A DNA stretch of 63,908 bases, filler included, from Sandaracinaceae bacterium (GTDB taxonomy: Bacteria; Myxococcota_A; Polyangia; Polyangiales; JADJQN01), in assembly GCA_947483975.1 (NCBI GenBank). It is 3 parts of 3 records of this genome, joined end to end, with 100 filler letters (N's around TTAATTAATTAA, not from the genome) between each part and the next. Parts side by side here need not be neighbours in the genome. Positions count along the whole stretch, not along the records: positions 46,422 to 63,908 come from CANKOL010000069.1; 2 more parts are not named here. One strand, 5' to 3'. Positions 51,916-61,249 of this stretch are shown here, piece after piece. The notes under the pieces were generated by a model that saw nothing but the letters and a program-made list of their open reading frames with translations, had not been told where the DNA came from and searched no databases. Both the position numbers and the translations under genes were made by a program. How positions within the stretch are numbered: the first letter of the stretch is position 1; each line of letters opens with the position of its first letter.

Positions 51916-53389
51916 GATCCGACCAATGTTGATTTTGGGCCGGGGGGGCGACTTGGCCTGGTCGCCGGCATTCGAACACTGTAGGCGAATGCACTGGCGA
52001 ACGCACCAATGTTGGGTTTCCATCCGATGCTCGAGTCTGCGCCATGGTCAGTCTTCGAGGGGCGTTTCTGTTTGGTCAGTCCTTACTCAAGGCCCCCCCC
52101 GCGTGGCTGGCTGCACGTCGAATAGCCCACTGGAGCCTCAATTCCAGCCCGCCGCGCGGCCCTGCGCATCTCTCGCGCGCACCGCTCCCTCGGCGCGCTC
52201 TGCGCACGCCCGCTCCGTCGCGACGTCGCTCTGCGCCAGCCTACGCGGCGACGACCACGGCGTGCCAGCGCACCATCCACCAAGTGCCGATGGGGAACAC
52301 CGTGTCGCGCACCCCCGCGCGCCACCGCTCCAGCGCCGCGTCGTACGCCGCGCGGAACTCGCGCAATGCCTTCACTGCAGCCGCGTACGCAGCCGCGACG
52401 GCGCCCACTGCGAACGTCGGATTGCGCGACACGAGCGGCTCGAAGCTCGTCGCACGCTCGTACGGCGACACCTTCTCCGCGCGGTCAGCACCGAGGAACT
52501 TCCACCCGTTCGCGGCGACCTCGGCGCGGCCGCGCGTCTCGTGCTCAGCGACCGTCGCGCGCACCGCCTCTCGCCACGCGTCGGCGTCCGCGGGCGCAAC
52601 CTCGGGCGGCAGAGTGAACTCGAGCTCCGCGTAGTCCGGCCAGCCTCCGTGCTCGGCGTCGAAGTAGACGCGCGGCCGCGCCGCCCGCACGCGCCCGCCG
52701 CCGAGCTCTTGCACGCGGCTCTTTGCGCCGGGCCAGTCGCGCGCATAGCGCACGAGCCCTGACGCGACCGGATTCGCCAGCGTGTAGCCGATCTTGTCGA
52801 TGACGGCCTCCGGAGTCGTCAGCCGCACCAGCGACGTCTGCCGGTGGTCCCAAGTGCTGCCCTCCCACTTGCGCAGCACCTGTGTCCCGAGCGCCGTGAT
52901 GCGATGAAAATGTGCCAGGAAGTCCGGCAATTCGCCGCGCGTGTCGGTCACGACGAGGTGCATGTGCGTCGACATCGCGCAGAACGCGTGCACCGCGACG
53001 CCGTACCGCTCGGCCGAGGTCGCGAGCGCGTAGGTGAGCAGCTCGCGCATCTCCGTATCGGGGCGCAGCAGGAAGTGCCGGCGTAACGTGCGGCGTGTGA
53101 CGAGGTAGGTCGAGCCTGGAAGGATCTGTCGTGGTCGAGACATTTGCCGCTGTAGAGCAGGAGCCGTGCCGACAGATCGCGGCTTGTGATTTCAATAGGT
53201 TGCGGCGGCATGGACGCGGTTTCCGCCGTCGGCCGCCTGTCGGCCGCCTGTCGGCCGCCACCCCGTGAGGCGTCGAGCAGACGAGCGAGCGATGCGGCCG
53301 TGGCCGGCCGGAAGCTCAACATCGGTCGGGTCTCAACATGGTCTCAACATCGTGCGGTTCGCGCCTTGATGCTCAACCTGGGTCGGGTC
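51916..53389. mobile_element. RAYT locus bounded by inverted short repeats
   Basis: Left GATCCGACCAATGTTGA (51916-51932) matches the reverse complement of right TCAACATCGGTCGGGTC (53316-53332) at 15/17; further copies at about 52003, 53332, 53343 and 53372. Confidence 0.6.
52241..53143 (-). CDS. REP-associated tyrosine transposase (RAYT, HUH/Y1 family)
   Basis: MSRPR..PG.TY.VT.R, F..MSTHMHLV (HUH), Y...NPV..GLV....WP. Confidence 0.88.
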   Translation of the reverse strand: MSRPRQILPGSTYLVTRRTLRRHFLLRPDTEMRELLTYALATSAERYGVAVHAFCAMSTHMHLVVTDTRGELPDFLAHFHRITALGTQVLRKWEGSTWDHRQTSLVRLTTPEAVIDKIGYTLANPVASGLVRYARDWPGAKSRVQELGGGRVRAARPRVYFDAEHGGWPDYAELEFTLPPEVAPADADAWREAVRATVAEHETRGRAEVAANGWKFLGADRAEKVSPYERATSFEPLVSRNPTFAVGAVAAAYAAAVKALREFRAAYDAALERWRAGVRDTVFPIGTWWMVRWHAVVVAA

Positions 53390-53433
53390 GTCTCCGCGGA
53401 ACCAGCCGCCTCCGCCGTTCGCGTCGAGCCGGC

Positions 53434-54198
53434 TCAAAGGTAGATCATGCAGGTCATCGCGGGCTGCGGCGCGAGCACCGTGACCTTGCAGATCTCGGCG
53501 ACCTAGGCTGCATCGAGCGTCGATGGGCCGCTCGGCGAGCGGTACGCGCAGGTCCAGCCGGGGCAGCCGCTCTCCGGCGTCGCGGAGCAGGTGAAGCGCG
53601 CCGAGGCGGCCATGACGGCCATCGCCGCGAGCTCACCGTCGACGCACGCGAAGACGTCGTCGCAGAGCTGACCAAGGTTGAGCGATCCGCCCGACGGGAA
53701 CGCGATCGCGGACGGTGCGCAGGCGCCCGCGTCGGACCCCACGCCCGCGTCGCCACCCCCCGCATCGCTCGCCCCGCCGTCCGCCCCGCCCGTGCGCCCG
53801 AGCGTCACCTCGCGCGACACGGAGCCTCCGCACGCGCAGCAACCCGCGCCCGGGGGCGCGAGCGTGAACGTCAGCGTCTCGGGGTCGTGCCCGGCGGCTG
53901 AGAGCGTCAGCGCGTAGGTGCCCGCCCCAACGCTCCCCGAGCTGCAATAGAAGGAGCCGTCGCCCCCCGCGCTGCACGTGACACCCGCGACGCCCGCCGC
54001 GCTGACCTCGCCGAGCGCTGGGTCGGCGAGGTGCACGCGGACCTCCACCGGCTGCGGGCACGGGCCGCAGCGGACGCCGGTGCAGGCGTCTCCGCCGAGC
54101 TTCGCGCAGCCAGCGACTGCGAACGCGACGAAGAGGACGGCCGTCGCAGCGAGCGAGTAGACGAAAGAGATCGCAGAGAACGATGGGCGGGCGCGCAT
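53434..54198 (-). pseudogene. Cys-rich lipoprotein with apparent premature TAG near the C-terminus
   Basis: AVAGC lipobox; TAG at 53503 followed in frame by VAEICKVTVLAPQPAMTCMIYL-TGA. Confidence 0.55.
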
Positions 54199-54266
54199 CG
54201 GCGAAGTGTACGCAGCTCCCCTGCGCGGCGTAGTCGACGAGCGGCGCGCGCAGGGCCCCGCCCGCG

Positions 54267-54758
54267 TCAGAGCCGCGTCAAACCCTCGTCGAACACCACC
54301 GCAATCGGCGAACCTTGGTCGTCCTCGACCTCGTAGCGGACGTCGGCGGCGTACGCCTGCGCGGCGCCTGCGTCCTCGAAGTCGCGATGGTGCACCCGAC
54401 CATCCGGCTCGAGCACGACGACCCTGAGCTGCCCTCGCGCGAGCGGCCCGGCTGCGCGCGCGAACGCCGTCGTCGGCGCGAGCAGGACCTCGAAGTGCGT
54501 GAGCACCGCCTCGAGCAGCGCGTCCGGGCAGCGCGGATCCGCCACGAAGAACCACCACTCGCCGTGCTGGTCGTTGAGCGAGAACGCGTGCTCGCGCCAA
54601 GTCCACTCGAGCCACGCCTCCGTGACGTCGTCGGTGACGAAGCGCGTGAGCGCCGCGCCCGGCAGCGTCTCGAGGTGCGCGCGCAGACGATGCCACTGAG
54701 GGCTCTCCGTGTCGTACGTCTCTGGCAGCGAGCCGAAGTGCCGCGACCCGTCGTTCAT
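54267..54758 (-). CDS. Hypothetical protein
   Basis: Globular composition: MNDGSRHF..LP, TD.VTEAW, NDQHGEWWFFV.DP.CP. Confidence 0.65.
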   Translation of the reverse strand: MNDGSRHFGSLPETYDTESPQWHRLRAHLETLPGAALTRFVTDDVTEAWLEWTWREHAFSLNDQHGEWWFFVADPRCPDALLEAVLTHFEVLLAPTTAFARAAGPLARGQLRVVVLEPDGRVHHRDFEDAGAAQAYAADVRYEVEDDQGSPIAVVFDEGLTRL

Positions 54759-54937
54759 GCGCAGATCGTAGACCGTCGGCCCGGACCCCACGCGCGCATC
54801 GGCTGTCTGGCCCACCGCTCGAAGCTGCTGGACGGCCCCCACGAAGTCAAAGTCGGCGCAGACGACGTGCCCCGCGACGCACCCCCGCGAAAAGCCGCTA
54901 CGATTTTTCGGCGCTCGGTACTACGCTGCGCGACACC

Positions 54938-56011
54938 ATGAGCGCCCTCAAGCTGCCCCCCGGAATCGTCACTGGCAACGCCCTCAACGACCTCTACGCG
55001 TACTGCAAGAGCGCCGAGTGCGCCCTCCCTGCCGTCAACGTCATCGGCAGCCACACCGCGAACGCCGCGCTCGCCGCGGCGAAGCAGGCGAAGAGCCCGA
55101 TCATCATCCAGTACTCGCACGGCGGCGCGCAGTTCAACGCCGGCAAGTCCCTCGACAACGCGACGAACGTCGCCTCGATCGCGGGCTCCGTCGCGGGCGC
55201 GCACCACATCCGCATCCTCGCGGAGGCGTACGGCGTGCCCGTCGTCCTCAACACCGATCACTGCGCGAAGAAGCTGCTCCCGTGGGTCGATGGCGTGCTC
55301 GCCGCCGGCGAGGCTTGGCACGCGGCGCGCGGCGTGCCGCTCTACAGCTCACACATGCTCGACCTCTCGGAGGAGCCGCTTGCGCACAACCTCGAGCTCT
55401 GTCAGCAGTACCTCACGCGCATGGCGAAGCTCGACATGACGCTCGAGATCGAGCTCGGCGTGACGGGCGGCGAAGAGGACGGCGTCGACAACGCGGGCGT
55501 CGAGAATTCCAAGCTCTACACGCAGCCCGAGGACGTGCTCGCCACCTACGACGCGCTCTCGCCGATCGGCTCGTTCATCGTCGCCGCGTCGTTCGGTAAC
55601 ACGCACGGCGTGTACGCGCCGGGCAACGTGAAGCTCACGCCGAGCATCCTCAAGAACAGCCAGCAGCGCGTGCAGGCCGACCGCAAGACGGGCGAGAAGC
55701 CCGTCACCTTCGTGTTCCACGGCGGCTCCGGCTCGAGCCCCGAGGAGATCCGCGAGGCGGTCTCGTACGGCGTCGTGAAGATGAACATCGACACCGACAC
55801 TCAGTGGGCGTTCACCCAGCCGATCAAGAAGTACATGGACGACAAGAGCGCCTATCTGCAGAGCCAGCTCGGCAACCCCGAGGGCGCGGACAAGCCGAAC
55901 AAGAAGCACATCGACCCGCGCGGCTGGCTCTACCTCGGCGAGAAGGGCATGACCGCCCGCCTCGTCCAGGCGTTCCAGGACCTCGGCGCGGTCGGCAAGT
56001 TCGAAATCTGA
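54938..56011 (+). CDS. fbaA: Fructose-bisphosphate aldolase class II
   Basis: TDHCAKKLLPW, SSHMLDLSEE, EIELGVTGGEEDG, FGNTHGVY, FHGGSGS, KMNIDTD. Confidence 0.96.
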   Translation: MSALKLPPGIVTGNALNDLYAYCKSAECALPAVNVIGSHTANAALAAAKQAKSPIIIQYSHGGAQFNAGKSLDNATNVASIAGSVAGAHHIRILAEAYGVPVVLNTDHCAKKLLPWVDGVLAAGEAWHAARGVPLYSSHMLDLSEEPLAHNLELCQQYLTRMAKLDMTLEIELGVTGGEEDGVDNAGVENSKLYTQPEDVLATYDALSPIGSFIVAASFGNTHGVYAPGNVKLTPSILKNSQQRVQADRKTGEKPVTFVFHGGSGSSPEEIREAVSYGVVKMNIDTDTQWAFTQPIKKYMDDKSAYLQSQLGNPEGADKPNKKHIDPRGWLYLGEKGMTARLVQAFQDLGAVGKFEI

Positions 56012-56014
56012 GTC

Positions 56015-56109
56015 GCCCTCACCGACGTGGTGCGCGCTCGCCGTCAACGCCCTCTCCAGCGGCCGTGGGAGAGGGTACCCGGCGCAGCCCGTACGACGAG
56101 GGTGAGGGC
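56015..56109. repeat. Nested palindromic REP-like element between convergent genes
   Basis: Outer GCCCTCACC...GGTGAGGGC; inner CCCTCTCC...GGAGAGGG hairpin. Confidence 0.6.
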
Positions 56110-56170
56110 AGGGCAGAGCCCCCGCCCTCAGGCGCGGAGAGCGCGATTGCCCTGGCTCCGAGCCCTCGCC

Positions 56171-56398
56171 TCAGCTCATCCCGCAGCCGCGCGGACCGCC
56201 GCCGTACTCACAGGAGCCGCAGCCGCCCTCCGCGGGCGCCGCGCTCGCCGCGCCCTTGCTCTTGCCGACCGTCGGCGTGCTCATCAGCTTCTGCAGCTTG
56301 GTCGCCGCGCAGCTAGGGCACTTCGGCGTGTCGCGCGCGAAGACCAGCTCTTCGAACTCGTGCTGACAGCTCTCGCAGCGGTATTCGTAGATCGGCAT
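56171..56398 (-). CDS. FmdB family zinc-ribbon protein
   Basis: MPIYEYRCESC..EFE, CPSC. Confidence 0.9.
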   Translation of the reverse strand: MPIYEYRCESCQHEFEELVFARDTPKCPSCAATKLQKLMSTPTVGKSKGAASAAPAEGGCGSCEYGGGPRGCGMS

Positions 56399-56469
56399 CG
56401 GGAGACTCTGACCGACGCCGTCGCGCTGTCCAGCGCCGCCCGCGCTCGCTCGCCGTGAGTCCGTGCGCC

Positions 56470-56733
56470 CTACACGCCGAGGTCGGCGAGCTGATTGAGC
56501 ACGCGCTGCGTCAGCGAGACGACGCCCGGGTGACGCGCCTCGAAGTGATGGAGCGCGCTGCGCAGGCGCCCGCTCAGCGAGGAGTTCGCGTCCGCGTCGG
56601 GGGCGCTGAGGGCGCGCTCGAGGTCGACGCGCACGTCGGCGACGAGGGCGCGCGTCTCTTCATCGAGCGCTTCGTGTTGCTCGAGCGCCTCGTGCAGCTC
56701 TCGAAGCAGCGTGGGCAGGTCGCGGTCGGTCAT
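56470..56733 (-). CDS. DUF4404-like small protein
   Basis: L..LH..L......D.E....., FEARHP........L..LGV. Confidence 0.7.
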   Translation of the reverse strand: MTDRDLPTLLRELHEALEQHEALDEETRALVADVRVDLERALSAPDADANSSLSGRLRSALHHFEARHPGVVSLTQRVLNQLADLGV

Positions 56734-57815
56734 GCGTTGGAAGTATGCACGGCGGCGGCCGCGCCATCGTCTTCCGTCATGTCGTCCGGGAACGCCGCGA
56801 GCTCCTTCGCCATCTTGCGGAGCATGCTCTGCTTGATGTGGAAGGGGAGGAACGCCGCCTTCATCCCGTTGAGCAGGATGTGCTTGATGTCCGAGAGGCT
56901 GAAGCCCATCTGCGTGTGCGTGAGCCAGAGCTCTTTCGACACGGTGGTGTCCGTGACGAGGCGGTTGTCGGTGTTGACCGTCACGCGCAGCCCGAGGTCG
57001 TAATAGAGCTTGAGCGGGTGGCTCGCGAGGTCGCGCACGGCGCCCGTCTGCACGTTGCTCGAGGGGCAGCACTCGAGCGCGATGCGGTGATCGTTGACGT
57101 AGTGGAGGAGATCGCCGTCCTCGCGGAGGCGGCAGCCGTGCCCGATGCGGTGCGCGCCGCAGACGTGGATGGCCTGCGCGATCGACTCGGGGCCGTACGC
57201 CTCGCCCGCGTGGATCGTGACGTTGATGTTGTTGTCGCGGACGAGCTGGAACGAGTCGCGGTGGTGCTTGGCCGGGTGATCGTACTCGGCGCCCGCGAGG
57301 TCGAAGGCGACGACGCCCCGGTTTTTGTAAGCGACGGCGAGCTGCGCCATCTCGAGCGAGGACTCGGGCGAGATGTTGCGGATCCCGCACACGATCACGT
57401 TCGACTCGATGCCGTGGTCCTTCTCGGCGGCGCGCAGGCCCGTCAGCACGGACTCGACGACGGTCGTCAGGCGCAGCCCGTTCCGCGTGTGGAGCATCGG
57501 CGCGTAGCGCACCTCCATGTAGCGGACGTTCTCCTTCGCGGCGTCCTCGGCGAGCTCGTAGGCGATGCGCGTGAGCGCCTCCTCCGTCTGCATCACGCGC
57601 AGCGTGACGTCGAACGCCTTCAGGTACTCGACGAGCGAGCCCGTCATCGCGCCGACGTTCATGGCCTTGCGGAGGCCGTCCACGTCGTTCGCGGGCAGCG
57701 CGATCTTGTCGCGCGCGGCGAGCTCGAGGATCGTCTCGACGCGGAGCGAGCCGTCCAAGTGGACGTGCAGATCGGTCTTCGGGAGTCGTTCGAACAGCGA
57801 GAGGGGGAGCGCCAT
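56730..57815 (-). CDS. add: Adenosine deaminase
   Basis: PKTDLHVHLDGS, FDLAGAE, HAGE, RIGHG, ECCPSSN, NTDN. Confidence 0.93.
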   Translation of the reverse strand: MALPLSLFERLPKTDLHVHLDGSLRVETILELAARDKIALPANDVDGLRKAMNVGAMTGSLVEYLKAFDVTLRVMQTEEALTRIAYELAEDAAKENVRYMEVRYAPMLHTRNGLRLTTVVESVLTGLRAAEKDHGIESNVIVCGIRNISPESSLEMAQLAVAYKNRGVVAFDLAGAEYDHPAKHHRDSFQLVRDNNINVTIHAGEAYGPESIAQAIHVCGAHRIGHGCRLREDGDLLHYVNDHRIALECCPSSNVQTGAVRDLASHPLKLYYDLGLRVTVNTDNRLVTDTTVSKELWLTHTQMGFSLSDIKHILLNGMKAAFLPFHIKQSMLRKMAKELAAFPDDMTEDDGAAAAVHTSNA

Positions 57816-57946
57816 GGCGCGATCTAGCACGCCGGCGCGGGCGCGCGACAGCGTCGAGCAGTCGACCCACGGACTGTCGTTCGTCGCCTCCGCGGGGCGC
57901 GCGGCGAACTTCCGCGCTTTGGCCGCCTGAACTAGAGTCCGCCGCC

Positions 57947-60400
57947 ATGACGGAACCGTCGCTCGCCTCGTCGCCCGCGCAGAGGCCGTTCCTCCTCGGG
58001 CTCTTCGTCGTCACCGCCGTCACGCTCGCGCTCGAGGTGCTGGTGACGCGGCTGCTCTCCGTCATCACCTGGTATTCGCTGGCGTTCCTCGTGATCGGGA
58101 TGGGGCTCTTCGGGCTGACGGCCGGCGCCGTGCGCGTGTACCTTCGCCCCGAGCGCTACGCGCCCGCCGTGCTCGGGGCGCAGCTGGCGCGCGACGCGCT
58201 CTGGCTCGCGGTCGCCATCCCGGTCAGCTACGTGCTCCTCCTCGTCGTGCCGCTGCGGGTCGAGCCCGTCGCGACGACGGTCGTGCTCTTCGTGCTGTTT
58301 GCGGCGACGATCTCGCTGCCGTTCATCGCCGCGGGCGCGATCGTCGCGGCGAGCCTCACGCGCTCGGGGCTGCCCGTCGGGCGCATCTACGCCGTCGACC
58401 TCGCGGGCGCAGCGCTCGGCGCGCCGCTCGTGCCCGCGCTCCTCGAGCGCCTCGACGCGGGCTCCGCGATCCTCGCGATGTCGGTCCTCGCGGCGCTCGC
58501 GTCGGTCGCGTACGCGCGCTCGGGGCGCGACCTCGCTGGAGTGCGCCGCGGGTTGGTCGTCGCGCTGGTGCTCGCGGGCGTCACGGCGGCCAACGCGTCG
58601 GGCACGCACGGCCTCGTACCGCTCTGGGTCAAGGGGCACTCCGAGGAGCGCTCGAAGCTCGCGCTCGAGGCGTGGAACAGCCACTCGCGCATCCAGATCT
58701 TCAAGGAATGGACCGGCCCCGCGGTGTTCTGGGGCCGCGGGACTTGCCCCGCGGAGGAGGTCCGGCAGCGCTGGATCACGATCGACGGCGACGCGGGGAC
58801 GGCCCTCTATCGCGCCGATCCGGACATCGCGTCGATGCGCTTTCTCGCGTGCGATGTGACCGCCGCGGTGCATCAGCTTCGCCCGCGCGGGTCGATGGCG
58901 ATCATCGGCGTCGGCGGCTCGCGCGACCTGCAGACGGCGCTGATGTTCGGGCACACGCCGGTGACGGGCATCGAGCTGAACGGGCGCCTGCTCGACATCT
59001 TGCGCAGCCCGCTCGGCGCGCCGGCGCGCATCGCCGAGCGCGCCGATGTGCGGCTGATCCACGACGATGGGCGCAGCTGGATGGCGCGCACCGACGAGAA
59101 GTTCGCGGTGATCCAGATGTCGCTCGTGGACACCTGGGCGTCGACGGGCGCGGGCGCGCACGCGCTCGGTGAGAACGGCCTCTACACCGTCGAGGCGTGG
59201 AAGACGTTCCTCTCGCGCCTCGAGCCGGGCGGCATCTTCAGCGTCTCGCGCTGGCATCAGGGCGGCACCGAGGACGAGACGACGCGCCTCGTCGCGCTCG
59301 CGACGGCGGCGCTGCTCGAGCGCGGCGTCAGCAACCCGCGGCGGCACATCGCGCTCGTCGCGATCGGGCTCGTCGCGACGATCTTGGTCAGCGTCGATCC
59401 GCTGACGGACGCGGACGTCGCGCGCCTCGACAACGTGCAGCAGCGGCTCGGCTACGAGGTGCTCCTCGCGCCCGGACCGCACGGCCCGCTCGGCGCCGCG
59501 GCCGAGGTGCTCGCGCCGATCGTCAGCAGCCGCACGCGCGCGGAGCTCGACGCGCGCACGCTCGGCCCGATCTTCGACCTGCGCCCGCCGACCGACGATC
59601 GCCCGTTCTTCTTCAATCTGCTGCGCACCCGCGCGTGGTTCTACGACCTGCCCGAGGAGGCGGGCGGCACCATCGAGGGCAACCGCCGCGCGACGATGAC
59701 GCTCGCGCTCGCGTTCTTCGCGTCGCTGCTGCTCGTCGCCGTCGCCATCGTCGTGCCGATCGCGCTGCGCCGCCGCGCAGAGCGCGCGAGCGCGGTCGAA
59801 GCGCGCAGGCCCAATCCCTCGCTCGTCGCGGCGGGCATCGCGTACTTCGCGACCATCGGCGTCGCGTTCATGCTCGCGGAGATCGGGCTCCTGCAGCGCC
59901 TCGGCATCGTGCTCGGGCACCCCATCTACAGCCTCGTCGTCGTGCTCGCGAGCCTCGTCGGCGCGGCGGGCGTCGGCTCGTGGCTCTCGGATCATCTCCC
60001 GCTCCATCGCGCGCCGTACTGCTTCGTGTTCCCCGTCGTCACGGCGTGTCTGCTCGCGGGGCTAGGGCACTTTCTCCCGCAGTGGTCGCCCGTGCTCGCC
60101 GCGGCGCCGCTGACCGAGCGCATCGCGTTCTCGGCGGGCATCTCGTCGGTGCTCGGGCTGGCGCTCGGCATGGCGTTCCCGAGCGGGATGCGCATCTTCG
60201 GCCCGACGCTCGCCGAGGAGACCCCGTGGCTCTGGGGCATCAACGGCGTCGGCGGTGTGCTGGCGTCGAGCGGCGGGATCATCCTCGCGCACGAGTACGG
60301 GCTGAGCTGGCTCTTCGTCGCGTCGGCGGTCGGCTATCTGCTGCTGCTGCCGCTGATCGCGCGCGGACTCCGGGCGCAGAGGCCCGCTGCGACGAGCTGA
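57947..60400 (+). CDS. Membrane protein fused to a spermidine-synthase-like SAM-dependent domain
   Basis: N- and C-terminal TM bundles, YAVDLAGA, IIGVGGSRD, DDGRS, LYTVEA, TDDRPFFF. Confidence 0.82.
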   Translation: MTEPSLASSPAQRPFLLGLFVVTAVTLALEVLVTRLLSVITWYSLAFLVIGMGLFGLTAGAVRVYLRPERYAPAVLGAQLARDALWLAVAIPVSYVLLLVVPLRVEPVATTVVLFVLFAATISLPFIAAGAIVAASLTRSGLPVGRIYAVDLAGAALGAPLVPALLERLDAGSAILAMSVLAALASVAYARSGRDLAGVRRGLVVALVLAGVTAANASGTHGLVPLWVKGHSEERSKLALEAWNSHSRIQIFKEWTGPAVFWGRGTCPAEEVRQRWITIDGDAGTALYRADPDIASMRFLACDVTAAVHQLRPRGSMAIIGVGGSRDLQTALMFGHTPVTGIELNGRLLDILRSPLGAPARIAERADVRLIHDDGRSWMARTDEKFAVIQMSLVDTWASTGAGAHALGENGLYTVEAWKTFLSRLEPGGIFSVSRWHQGGTEDETTRLVALATAALLERGVSNPRRHIALVAIGLVATILVSVDPLTDADVARLDNVQQRLGYEVLLAPGPHGPLGAAAEVLAPIVSSRTRAELDARTLGPIFDLRPPTDDRPFFFNLLRTRAWFYDLPEEAGGTIEGNRRATMTLALAFFASLLLVAVAIVVPIALRRRAERASAVEARRPNPSLVAAGIAYFATIGVAFMLAEIGLLQRLGIVLGHPIYSLVVVLASLVGAAGVGSWLSDHLPLHRAPYCFVFPVVTACLLAGLGHFLPQWSPVLAAAPLTERIAFSAGISSVLGLALGMAFPSGMRIFGPTLAEETPWLWGINGVGGVLASSGGIILAHEYGLSWLFVASAVGYLLLLPLIARGLRAQRPAATS

Positions 60401-60424
60401 GCGCGTCGGGCCGAGGCGCCGCCG

Positions 60425-61249
60425 CTACGGCAGCGCGATCGTGCCCGGCCCGAGGTTGCCGACGAAGGGGGCGAGCGGCTCGGGCTGCGCGAGGAAGACG
60501 ATCGCGATCACCGCCGCCGCGACGACGAGCACGCCGACGCCGCTGCCGACCCAGACCCACGGCGAGACGCCGCTCTCGGCCAGACGCGCCGCCTCGGCGG
60601 CGGCTGCTGCGTCTGCGGCGAGGCGCGCGGTCTCTTCGGGCGAGGGCGGACACGTCGCGTCGAGCTCGACGTCGGAGGAGCCGCCCTCGCTCAGGCGGAT
60701 CGCGCGGCGCGCGCAGCTGCGGATCCCGCGGCGCACGTCGACGATGTGCGTGCCCGGGTCGACCGGCACCGCGAGGCCGAGCCCCTCGCGCGCGATCAGC
60801 GTGTCGTCGATGCGCACCTCGTCGCCGTCCTGCAGGTTGCGCGCGCTGATCGTCACGCTCGCGAGGCGTCGCTCGAGGCCCGCGAGGGCCCAGCGCGCGT
60901 CGGCCCCGTGCCGCGTCTCCATGTCGGCGTCAGCGCGCGCGAGGAAGCGCCGATAGGCCTCCGCGGCCGCGACGAGCTTGCCCGCGTCGGCGAGCACGAC
61001 GGCGAGGTTGAGCAGCGTGACCTCGCGCGCCGAGAGCGCATACGAGCGCTCGAACGCCGCGCGCGCGTCCTCGAGGCGGTGCTCCTCCGCGGCGCGCACG
61101 CCGTCCGCGAAGAGCCTGCGCGCGAGCGCGACCTGGCTCGCCGAGGGCTCTGCGCCCGCCGCGTCTTGCGCGAGCGCTGGTCGCACGTCGAGCGTCATGA
61201 GCAGCGTGAGCGAGAGCGCGACGAGGAACGCGGGCGACGTGCGAGTCAT
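60425..61249 (-). CDS. TPR + PEGA-like domain protein with C-terminal TM anchor
   Basis: Signal peptide ALAQ, AR.LF..G, AF.RSY.L, VDPG.H, PWVWVG. Confidence 0.75.
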   Translation of the reverse strand: MTRTSPAFLVALSLTLLMTLDVRPALAQDAAGAEPSASQVALARRLFADGVRAAEEHRLEDARAAFERSYALSAREVTLLNLAVVLADAGKLVAAAEAYRRFLARADADMETRHGADARWALAGLERRLASVTISARNLQDGDEVRIDDTLIAREGLGLAVPVDPGTHIVDVRRGIRSCARRAIRLSEGGSSDVELDATCPPSPEETARLAADAAAAAEAARLAESGVSPWVWVGSGVGVLVVAAAVIAIVFLAQPEPLAPFVGNLGPGTIALP

